A DNA stretch of 15,230 nt, taken from the sequence record KY579375.1, one strand, 5' to 3'. Shown here piece by piece: positions 1-6,511 of the stretch; position 1 is the stretch's first letter; every line of letters starts with the position of its first letter. Below the pieces are notes generated by a model, which was given only the letters and a program-made list of their open reading frames with translations, was not told the DNA's origin and ran no database searches. The position numbers were made by a program, and so were the translations under genes.

Positions 1-34
1 GCCCTTTATAAAGTTACAATCTTTTTTCCATTTG
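1..34 (+). promoter_or_regulatory. Leaderless late promoter of the a82 operon, with a T-tract that may terminate the vp1/vp3 transcript
   Basis: TTTATAAA at 5-12, T6 tract at 22-27, ATG at 35. Confidence 0.75.
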
Positions 35-283
35 ATGAGTGCACTAGGGGATATCATATACGTTTTAGGTATTCTGATTCCTCTTTTGGGTTTGGTCATA
101 AGAAATTATATGCTAAATTTGATGGGATTTGTGATGGGCACTATAGGCTTTCTAGTGTTTGTGTCTAATCAGACAGACATAACGTTTTCTGCATCAACAT
201 TTTACATATCGTTTTTGCCGTTAGCATTCGGGCTAATCAATTTCGCCTTCTTCTTTGATTGGCTGAGGGAAGAGAGGATATGA
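35..283 (+). CDS. a82: Fusellovirus core membrane protein, SSV1 A82-like
   Basis: Three hydrophobic segments; first gene after vp3; ATG at 35 is 22 nt after the TATA box (the track start at 32 is TTG). Confidence 0.85.
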   Translation: MSALGDIIYVLGILIPLLGLVIRNYMLNLMGFVMGTIGFLVFVSNQTDITFSASTFYISFLPLAFGLINFAFFFDWLREERI

Positions 284-528
284 TGAGGTGGATGACAAAT
301 GGTCTTGTTAGTCCCAAAAACATACGGCGAAATAATCCTAGGTTTCGATTTAATTATGTTGACTACTGTTTTGCTGTTCAGAAAGCCAAAGCACAGACAA
401 GAGAGATCAATACCAAACCCGAGATCCATAGGATGGTATATCGTCATTTCGTCAGCAGTCGCCTTAATCGTAAGTCACTTTGTTTCCTATGCGTCTTTAG
501 TAGATTACTACATGGGGTTGGGAATTGA
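280..528 (+). CDS. c84: Basic protein, SSV1 C84-like, overprinted on a92
   Basis: ATGA overlap with the a82 stop at 280-283; Arg/Lys-rich; syntenic with the SSV1 c84/a92 overlap (recalled). The track start at 259 is TTG. Confidence 0.55.
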   Translation: MMRWMTNGLVSPKNIRRNNPRFRFNYVDYCFAVQKAKAQTREINTKPEIHRMVYRHFVSSRLNRKSLCFLCVFSRLLHGVGN

Positions 529-571
529 TAGTCTTATATTTTATATGGGGTTGAGGTGTCTGTATGGCTGA
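299..571 (+). CDS. a92: Fusellovirus core membrane protein, SSV1 A92-like
   Basis: Strong RBS GAGGTGG at 285-291; hydrophobic segments; synteny. Confidence 0.85.
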   Translation: MVLLVPKTYGEIILGFDLIMLTTVLLFRKPKHRQERSIPNPRSIGWYIVISSAVALIVSHFVSYASLVDYYMGLGIDSLIFYMGLRCLYG

Positions 572-1405
572 CGGGAAACTCGTGTCTGTTTATGAAGAAG
601 AATTAAGAAAAGCCCAAACATTTGAAGAGTTAAAGCAGAGATATGATGAAGCGGTAAAGCAGATAAATGACGGGAAAGCTCTTAAGAAACTTTAAAAGGT
701 CTTGAAAAGAGAGAATTCGAAATAAAGAAGGCTCAGTTTGAACAGCTGAAAGCGGAGTTAGCAAAAAAGAAGAAGAAGTTTAAGAAAGAGAGATTAGACA
801 TCAGAGTTAAGGTTACAAAGAAATGGATCAACAGCAGACTTTTCACCGCTGAGCACTATGTCGCTATGTTACAGCAGAGTAAAGATGGCTTACAATTGCT
901 GTTTCTGAGGAAAGCGAAACTGGTAGAGAATCAGGGCTATTTGATGTTGGAAAATAAGAAACTGAAGAAGGTATGGGTCTTAAACGGCGAACCTCTTCTG
1001 TTAGAGAAGTCAAAAATTCCATGGGGTAAGAAGTTTGTCGCTGTGCACTTTGTGTTACCTGATTTTCCGTATACTTTGGACTTGTCTGTAGACGATAAGA
1101 TCAGGGAATTAACGCTAAAGACTCTTAATGCACCACAGATGTTACATTCAATGGTGAAAACAAAGTTTTTCGAGGCATTAGCGAGAGCAGGAGGTGGGGC
1201 TGATTATACGATGCTTATAATCGGTGCAATCATGGGCATCGGAATAGGAGTGGCGATTGGCTTTGGAATAGCAAACGCAAATCTGACACACCTACTCAGT
1301 CAACATGTGGCAAACACAACTGCAACCCATTTAGCAACAACTACAACAACTACTACCTCACCTAGTTTTACGATTCCATCAAACAGCACAAAGGGGGTGA
1401 GCTGA
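564..1405 (+). pseudogene. b277: SSV1 B277-like core protein, frame-disrupted near 692-703 (real lesion or sequencing error)
   Basis: ATG at 564 reads MADGKLVSVYEEELRKAQTFEELKQRY...KKL to TAA at 693-695. The lysine-rich continuation EKREFEIKKAQFEQLKAELAKKKKKF... resumes in the -1 frame from 704 and runs into the 866-1405 ORF. One added base gives a 280-aa ORF with a C-terminal TM helix and Thr-rich tail. Confidence 0.85.
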
Positions 1406-1879
1406 GTGGCTAACAAGAAGAACGACTCAAAGAACGACTCAACAGAAATGGAACAACTGAAGAAGGAAATTGAGGAACTGAAGAAGAAACTAGAAGCATT
1501 AGAGCCAACAAACAATGAACCGGCTGAAGATGAGAAACTGCAGGAAATCGAGAATCCTTATACGGTAACAAACCGGGCAATAGACGAGTTGGTTAACCCT
1601 GAGGACACCATGTTCTACTTATCTGGGGATCAAATACGGTTAATACTCGCGGCTTATGAATTTGCAATATTACCGACATATTTTGGTGAAGAGCCGGTCA
1701 CGGAATTGATTGAATACGCCGAGAAGCTTAAGCATCATCTAGTTAGCAAAGGCGGTAGGGGTAGAAGAGACATATTAAGAGTATTAAGAGTCAGCAATAG
1801 CCAGGCCAGGGAAAACGTGAACAAGTCAATCTTCAAACAATTGTTCGAGCATGGGAGGGAACATGAAGATGAAGAATGA
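1406..1879 (+). CDS. a154: SSV1 A154-like conserved protein
   Basis: GTG start with RBS GGGGGTGA at 1393-1400; ENPYTVTN...DEL motif; N-terminal coiled coil; directly upstream of b251. Confidence 0.9.
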   Translation: MANKKNDSKNDSTEMEQLKKEIEELKKKLEALEPTNNEPAEDEKLQEIENPYTVTNRAIDELVNPEDTMFYLSGDQIRLILAAYEFAILPTYFGEEPVTELIEYAEKLKHHLVSKGGRGRRDILRVLRVSNSQARENVNKSIFKQLFEHGREHEDEE

Positions 1880-2603
1880 TGAATGGTTGTGGCTAGGGAC
1901 TAGGATAATAAACGCTTACAAGTCTAATGGCTTTGAAAGTGCAATAACGTTTGGCAAACAGGGTGTGGGGAAAACTACTTATGCACTAAAGGTGGCAAAA
2001 GAAGTTTATCAGCGGTTAGGACATGAACCGGATGAGTCTTGGCAATTGGCTCTTGATTCTTTATTCTTTGAGCTCAAAGACGCACTACAATTAATGAAGA
2101 TATTTCGTCAAAACAATAGGACTATCCCCATAATCATATTTGATGATGCGGGGATTTGGTTACAAAAGTACCTCTGGTATAAGGAAGAAATGATAAAATT
2201 CTATCGTATTTATAATATTATTAGGAATATAGTGAGTGGGATTATTTTTACCACTCCTTCCCCTAACGATATAGCGTTTTATGTAAGAGAAAAGGGTTGG
2301 AAATTAATAATGATAACGAGAAACGGAAGACAGCCTGATGGCACTCCTAAAGCACAGGCAAAAATAGCTGTGAATAAGATAACGATTGTGAAGGGGAAAA
2401 TATCAAATAAGGTTAAGTGGAGGACAGTGGACGACTATACGGTAAAGCTTCCGGACTGGGTATACAAAGAATATGTTGAAAGAAGGAAATTTTATGAAGA
2501 GAAACTACTTGAGGAATTGGATGAGATTTTAGATAGTGGTAATGGAACGAAAAACACGTTAAATTTATCACTATTCCCTCAAAATAACGACGCAAAAGGA
2601 TAG
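1869..2603 (+). CDS. b251: B251-like P-loop ATPase (DnaA-like/packaging ATPase candidate)
   Basis: Walker A GKQGVGKT and Walker B IIIFDD. Start is ATG 1869 (RBS GGGAGGGA 1853-1860) or ATG 1863. Confidence 0.93.
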   Translation: MKNDEWLWLGTRIINAYKSNGFESAITFGKQGVGKTTYALKVAKEVYQRLGHEPDESWQLALDSLFFELKDALQLMKIFRQNNRTIPIIIFDDAGIWLQKYLWYKEEMIKFYRIYNIIRNIVSGIIFTTPSPNDIAFYVREKGWKLIMITRNGRQPDGTPKAQAKIAVNKITIVKGKISNKVKWRTVDDYTVKLPDWVYKEYVERRKFYEEKLLEELDEILDSGNGTKNTLNLSLFPQNNDAKG

Positions 2604-2636
2604 TGATACGGGGTGTGAATGGGGGGTCAGTGTCTG

Positions 2637-3626
2637 TTAAATGTTCTGTCTTAGCCATTCTGCATACTTCTTATACTCCTTTTTCGCCAAAGTGAGTAAG
2701 TCCAGGTAATGCTTTGTCAAGATATTGCCGGGCGTCCTACCCTCTAAGAAGTCTACAACCTCACTGGGGATACCAAGTTCTAACATTTTTGTTGCGGTAA
2801 ACTTCCTAATGTATTTAGGCGGAACTAGATTAAGCTTCTTAACGTATTTATCCACATAAGCTTTAGAGATCTTAATCTTTTGAATGGGCGTTACGTGGAA
2901 TAAATAGAAACTCTTCTTTTGCCCCCTAGTCCAGTTGAGTATGTAAACACTAAAGCCGACCTCCTGCATTTCGTTTTGCGGGTCGTAATTATTAAGCACT
3001 CTGAGGGCTTCAGATTCCCTAGACCCTGACTCAAGTAAAAGCCGGTATAATAAATATAAATTAGGATATTGTTTGACCTTTGTCAGTGTTTCTTTTATTT
3101 CATCTAACACAGGTACCCTGAGGTCTGGTTTTGTCTTTTTCGGCTTAAGGTTCTGAGGAGGCTCTTGACCTAAAACAAGCTTATAGAAATTCCTCCATGC
3201 TTTTATACAATTATTCGATTCTTTTCTTCCTTGCTTAACACACGATATATATTTCTTTATTGTCTCTTCGCTGATATTCTTACTACGTAAAGCTAATTCG
3301 AATTTAAGTAAATCACTTGCGGAAATTTCAGAGTTGTTAGAAGACGTTAGATTAGAGTCAATTATTCTAACTCCTTTCAATTCTTCATAATTAGCAGTGG
3401 GGGTTTTAGGGGGTGTCCCCCCTAATGCGGGCCTTTCGAGCCCGTGACCCGGGTTCAAATCCCGGCCGCGGCACTTCATATCATAATATTCATTTACGAT
3501 TTGTTCTAAAGAACCAATGTAAGTGTGCCTTTGCTTACCATCATCACCGTTCTCTATTGAGTAAACATAATACTTACCTTTAATCTCTTTTACGTAGAAT
3601 TTAGAACCCACATAAAAGTTAGGCAT
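2637..3626 (-). CDS. int: SSV-type tyrosine recombinase (integrase, D335-like)
   Basis: Catalytic motifs GSRESE (R), KYIRKF (KxxR) and TKHYL (Y nucleophile); internal attP translated as CRGRDLNPGHGLERPA. Confidence 0.97.
   Translation of the reverse strand: MPNFYVGSKFYVKEIKGKYYVYSIENGDDGKQRHTYIGSLEQIVNEYYDMKCRGRDLNPGHGLERPALGGTPPKTPTANYEELKGVRIIDSNLTSSNNSEISASDLLKFELALRSKNISEETIKKYISCVKQGRKESNNCIKAWRNFYKLVLGQEPPQNLKPKKTKPDLRVPVLDEIKETLTKVKQYPNLYLLYRLLLESGSRESEALRVLNNYDPQNEMQEVGFSVYILNWTRGQKKSFYLFHVTPIQKIKISKAYVDKYVKKLNLVPPKYIRKFTATKMLELGIPSEVVDFLEGRTPGNILTKHYLDLLTLAKKEYKKYAEWLRQNI
3425..3474 (+). other. attP site = 3' half of tRNA-Glu(UUC)
   Basis: Anticodon stem CGGGC/GCCCG (3428-3432/3440-3444), loop CTTTCGA with anticodon TTC at 3435-3437, T-arm CCGGG-TTCAAAT-CCCGG, acceptor 3' strand CCGCGGC, discriminator A3473. 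There is no 5' half. The exact left boundary needs the host tRNA sequence. Confidence 0.93.
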
Positions 3627-3675
3627 TCTAAGAATGTTAATTCACGCGGGGTTAAATACTCATTCTAATAGAATA
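3624..3675 (-). promoter_or_regulatory. Putative leaderless integrase promoter flanked by two palindromes
   Basis: Minus-strand TATTTAA at 3658-3652, 26 nt upstream of the ATG at 3626; palindromes CATTCT-A-AGAATG (3624-3636) and ATTCTA-A-TAGAAT (3662-3674). Confidence 0.55.
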
Positions 3676-3745
3676 TCAGTAAAGAAATTGAAAGAAGGCG
3701 ATAACAATTCCGCAGTTGCACAAAAAACTGAATTTCATGGAAACT

Positions 3746-3833
3746 GCTGCAGTCAGAAAATTCAAAGCGATGCTGCATGCAGCATGCAGCTGCTGTATGC
3801 AGCCATCAAAGAAGGAGTGCTGCTGTATGCAGC
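3746..3833. repeat. GCWGC-rich cluster of palindromes and direct repeats
   Basis: Perfect 16-bp palindrome ATGCTGCATGCAGCAT (3770-3785); 15-bp direct repeat GCTGCTGTATGCAGC (3789-3803, 3819-3833); eight GCWGC sites. Confidence 0.85.
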
Positions 3834-3845
3834 AAAAGGTATTAC

Positions 3846-4472
3846 TTATTTCCCGTTCACCCTAGTAAGATACTCCTTAAAGCTCTGATAGAAACCCTTA
3901 ATTGCCACTCTAAGCTCTACTAAGTTCTTCCACACTGAAACGGGAATAAGATAATATTCGCTTTTGGCGTCTCTCTCAAACTTATCCTTCTTAATCTTGT
4001 TCTGTCTCTCTAAGTTTAGTATCTGCAATGCACTAATACACTTGAGCTTATCCTCAGTATCGTTATAATGAATAAACCAAACTCTTCCCATCACATCATA
4101 CTTCTTTGCCACTTCTAATTTAATACTGAGGATGGCGTAAACGCTTTCCCCATATCTCTCTTTACTTTGTTCCTCAGTCCAACTTGAACCCGTGATATCA
4201 ATCCATACTAAAGGATAGTATGAATCCTTAGCTTTGACGTATAGTGTTAAGTCGTACTTGTCCTCCAACCCTTTGTAATATTCATAATTAATAGTATTAG
4301 TAAGTGTGCCAACTCCAGAACGCCTAATATACACGTCAAAATCGAGATACTTACGCCATTTGGCCAGTTTTATGATCAACTTCCCTAAAACCAGATACTC
4401 TCTTCCCAACCATACGTTGGGCAAAATGTAATCTTCTTGTTGATTGCCCCAATATTTTAGTTTAAAACTCAC
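3846..4472 (-). CDS. d244: D244/D212-like protein, PD-(D/E)xK nuclease (resolvase-like) fold
   Basis: GTG start with RBS AGGTGA 7 nt upstream; recognised from YWGNQQEDY...VWLGREY and position upstream of int. The candidate active site YD...WIDITG has T where K is usual. Confidence 0.85.
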   Translation of the reverse strand: MSFKLKYWGNQQEDYILPNVWLGREYLVLGKLIIKLAKWRKYLDFDVYIRRSGVGTLTNTINYEYYKGLEDKYDLTLYVKAKDSYYPLVWIDITGSSWTEEQSKERYGESVYAILSIKLEVAKKYDVMGRVWFIHYNDTEDKLKCISALQILNLERQNKIKKDKFERDAKSEYYLIPVSVWKNLVELRVAIKGFYQSFKEYLTRVNGK

Positions 4473-4479
4473 GGGCGGG

Positions 4480-4665
4480 TCACCTCAGCATCTGGTAAAG
4501 TTCCGCCGTAATTCTGTTGCTTAAGAAAATCGCTTTCTCTACTTTCTCTTTGTCGTAACTCTGAGTGATAATATCTATTTTTATATTATGTATAATACTA
4601 AGCAGTTCCCTTATATCTTGATCCAGGTCTAAGAATAGTTCTTTCTCTGAGACTTCAGTCATCAT
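4480..4665 (-). CDS. d63: D63-like ROP-like helical hairpin protein
   Basis: [24 protein letters not shown]...AELYQ closely follows the recalled SSV1 D63 sequence; RBS AGGTGA. Confidence 0.9.
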   Translation of the reverse strand: MMTEVSEKELFLDLDQDIRELLSIIHNIKIDIITQSYDKEKVEKAIFLSNRITAELYQMLR

Positions 4666-4668
4666 TTT

Positions 4669-5148
4669 TCACCTTCTTATCCTAGGGGAAAGCCTATCTA
4701 GTCCTCTTCTTCTTCTTTTGAAGTATTCTATATCCTCTGGCCTAATCTTTTCCTTTACTAGCTCTTCGGCTTCCATTAGACCTTTCTTACTTAACATGTA
4801 AGCATATTGTCCTCTTTTCATTCCACTAGCTATAATGATAAATCCTGCAAAGTAAAGATCTTCTACAGTGGCCATTATGAACTTACTATAAGGACCATAA
4901 TTGTAAGGATAAAAGTGGGGGTCCTCTACCTTGTATCCTTTGCTAGTGAGTTCTAACCAGAATACATACGCTTCTTTAACTAGTTTTGTGTTGCCGAATA
5001 TTGGTTTATCTTTATCGCACCATAATAAGAATAAGATTAAGTCACTCACAGTTAAGTCTACATCTTCAGCTTCCTCTATGGCTTTATCTAAATCGTCCCA
5101 TGAATATAATTTTGTACCATCTGGTAAAATCTTCCTAGGTTCAACCAT
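4669..5148 (-). CDS. SocA/Panacea (DUF4065)/YwgA-like winged-helix protein
   Basis: Motifs IFGNTKLVKEAY and FYPYNYGPYS, then a DL...G helix and a YxLSKKG wing; ATG overlaps the upstream stop (TGATG). Confidence 0.8.
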   Translation of the reverse strand: MVEPRKILPDGTKLYSWDDLDKAIEEAEDVDLTVSDLILFLLWCDKDKPIFGNTKLVKEAYVFWLELTSKGYKVEDPHFYPYNYGPYSKFIMATVEDLYFAGFIIIASGMKRGQYAYMLSKKGLMEAEELVKEKIRPEDIEYFKRRRRGLDRLSPRIRR

Positions 5149-5630
5149 CAGTTCACCACCAACCTCCTCAGTTCTTTAATCTTCTCAGTTAGTTCTCTCA
5201 TCCGTGCCGGGGGTAAAACATAAGCATTTGATTTCTTTTCCCAATTATTTTTCTCTATCATTAATAGTAGTTGTTCCAATTCATTTAGTAGTTCTGTGAG
5301 TTTTGTTAAATCCAACTTAGCCTCAGCTTTGGCCTCAGATTTTGACTCACTTTTACTTATATTTATATTGAATATTACATTATTATTTTCTGTGCTTTTG
5401 CTAATTATGTTTCTAAATTCAGATTTTATTTCGTCTGGAATTTTTATTCCTTTTTCTATTGCCTTTGCAACTATATACGCTGAGACTAACTGTCTGAGTT
5501 CAACAATATCTTCCGAATCTGGATCAAGTAATTCGTAAATTAAATAGATTTTCGCCGGAATCCTCACACTAAAGACTCTAGTTTTTTTGCTCTTCTTTGA
5601 TAATAATTTTTCTAAAAGCCCATCATCCAT
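5148..5630 (-). CDS. Hypothetical protein with RHH-like N-terminus and C-terminal coiled coil
   Basis: RVFSVRIP beta strand followed by helices; leucine heptads LTELLNELEQLLL; ATG 5630 has RBS AGGTGA (the track start GTG 5639 lies inside the RBS). Confidence 0.8.
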   Translation of the reverse strand: MDDGLLEKLLSKKSKKTRVFSVRIPAKIYLIYELLDPDSEDIVELRQLVSAYIVAKAIEKGIKIPDEIKSEFRNIISKSTENNNVIFNINISKSESKSEAKAEAKLDLTKLTELLNELEQLLLMIEKNNWEKKSNAYVLPPARMRELTEKIKELRRLVVN

Positions 5631-5635
5631 TTTTT

Positions 5636-5830
5636 TCACCTACCTGAAACTTTTTGAATGGGTAAATAGTAACATAACTTTACCCTCAATACGAAAGGGT
5701 ATAGGGGTATAGGGGGTATATAGTGTAAAAGTGTAGACAAAGTGTCTACACTTTTTTTATTAGTGGGGGTATAGGGGGTATAGTGTTTCGTATTGAGGGT
5801 AAAAGTGTGTTGTTGCTTACCCAGTTTCAA
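5636..5830 (-). CDS. Possible small hypothetical protein overlapping the repeat element
   Basis: TTG start overlaps the upstream stop (TTGA) and the ORF ends in AGG TGA, which forms the next RBS. Its composition (YTPYTP, YIPPIP) is dictated by the DNA repeats. Confidence 0.35.
   Translation of the reverse strand: MKLGKQQHTFTLNTKHYTPYTPTNKKSVDTLSTLLHYIPPIPLYPFVLRVKLCYYLPIQKVSGR
5679..5803. repeat. Concentric inverted repeats enclosing G(3-5)TATA direct repeats
   Basis: 18-bp perfect IR 5679-5696/5786-5803 and 13-bp perfect IR 5727-5739/5743-5755, both centred on 5741; five G(3-5)TATA units at 5697, 5704, 5712, 5765 and 5774. Confidence 0.92.
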
Positions 5831-6258
5831 AAAATTTCACCCCTAAATAAATTCAAAATTAGCTCTGCCACAATTTTTCCTTTTTCAGTTAGCTTATAGT
5901 AAATTCGAATGTCCCCGTTTACGCGATATCTTTCTACTAGTCCGTAATTTACAAGATTATTTAGATATCGCTTTGCATATTTCCCATTTGTCCTCAATAA
6001 TTCTTTAAATTTATCCGCATTAATTCCTTTGTTTGATCTATATAATATTAATAGTATTTTTAACTCCTTATTTTCTTTATGATATAAATATCGTAGTTCA
6101 TTCAAAACTTCTATTAGGCTTTTAGCGGAATACCTAGGTACTACCTCATCTTCAACTCTTTCCTCATCATCTTCAACTAATTCTTCATCTTCTTCAACTC
6201 TTTCCTCTTCTTCCTCCTCTACTCTTTCCTCTACAACTAATTCTTCATTTATGTTCAT
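5827..6258 (-). CDS. Winged-helix (MarR/PadR-like) protein with acidic N-terminal repeat
   Basis: YLNNLVNYGLVER...YYKLTEKG wing motif; 23 of the first 41 residues are D/E; ATGA overlap with the upstream gene and RBS GAGGTGA. Confidence 0.85.
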   Translation of the reverse strand: MNINEELVVEERVEEEEEERVEEDEELVEDDEERVEDEVVPRYSAKSLIEVLNELRYLYHKENKELKILLILYRSNKGINADKFKELLRTNGKYAKRYLNNLVNYGLVERYRVNGDIRIYYKLTEKGKIVAELILNLFRGEIF

Positions 6259-6437
6259 CCCATCACCTCAGCAATTTTCTGTTTGATTTCGTTCTCGTGC
6301 TCTCTTAAGTAGGCCTCAAGTGCCTCATTTAATATGTCTGAGAAAGTCTTACCCCTAGCTGAGGCTAGGAGTTTCCCCTTCAAAAAAATATCTTCCCTTA
6401 TCTTGAGGGTTGTTTTTACATACTTTTCCATGCTCAT
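6255..6437 (-). CDS. Ribbon-helix-helix (CopG-like) regulator
   Basis: KTTLKIREDIF...A...GKTFSDILNEALEAYL; ATG 6437 is 26 nt below TTTATAAG (leaderless). Confidence 0.85.
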   Translation of the reverse strand: MSMEKYVKTTLKIREDIFLKGKLLASARGKTFSDILNEALEAYLREHENEIKQKIAEVMG

Positions 6438-6511
6438 CAATTTATCAATCTGTCAATCTTTCCTTATAAATCTTTCTGTCTATCTATATCTCTTTCTTCA
6501 ATCTATCAATC
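6435..6511 (-). promoter_or_regulatory. T5-like early promoter with tandem GATTGATA-type operators
   Basis: TATA TTTATAAG at 6470-6463; three tandem 8-mers at 6458-6435 and two at 6511-6496; 23-nt block at 6465-6487 is an inverted 21/23 match to 6951-6973. Confidence 0.8.

Noticed and set aside
683-703. Programmed -1 ribosomal frameshift in b277
   Set aside because: The TTTAAAA heptamer (691-697) is phased to the downstream frame, not the upstream one, and a TAA at 683-685 in the -1 frame leaves only codons AAG AAA CTT for slipping, which form no X XXY YYZ site.
1313-1360. ACA/ACT simple repeat (also near 13160-13180)
   Set aside because: Explained by Thr-rich linkers of membrane-anchored proteins, not a separate DNA element.
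866-1405. 179-aa ORF as an independent gene
   Set aside because: It is the C-terminal part of b277; the frame is open upstream to about 686 and ATG 866 has no clear RBS.
202-2658. Minus-strand ORFs 202-447, 1300-1515 and 2413-2658
   Set aside because: Antisense shadows of well-supported core genes with no motifs or RBS.
3425-3474. Functional tRNA gene
   Set aside because: No D-arm or 5' acceptor strand; it is the attP half-tRNA.
3770-3833. Mini CRISPR array
   Set aside because: Only two 15-bp copies with a 15-bp spacer; too short and unlike Sulfolobales repeats.
3634-3888. 84-aa plus-strand ORF
   Set aside because: Antisense to the surrounding operon, overlaps d244, no RBS, and its sequence is dictated by the GCWGC repeats.
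5679-5803. MITE or IS remnant
   Set aside because: No target-site duplication flanks the 18-bp IR, no transposase is present, and the internal concentric hairpin is not typical.
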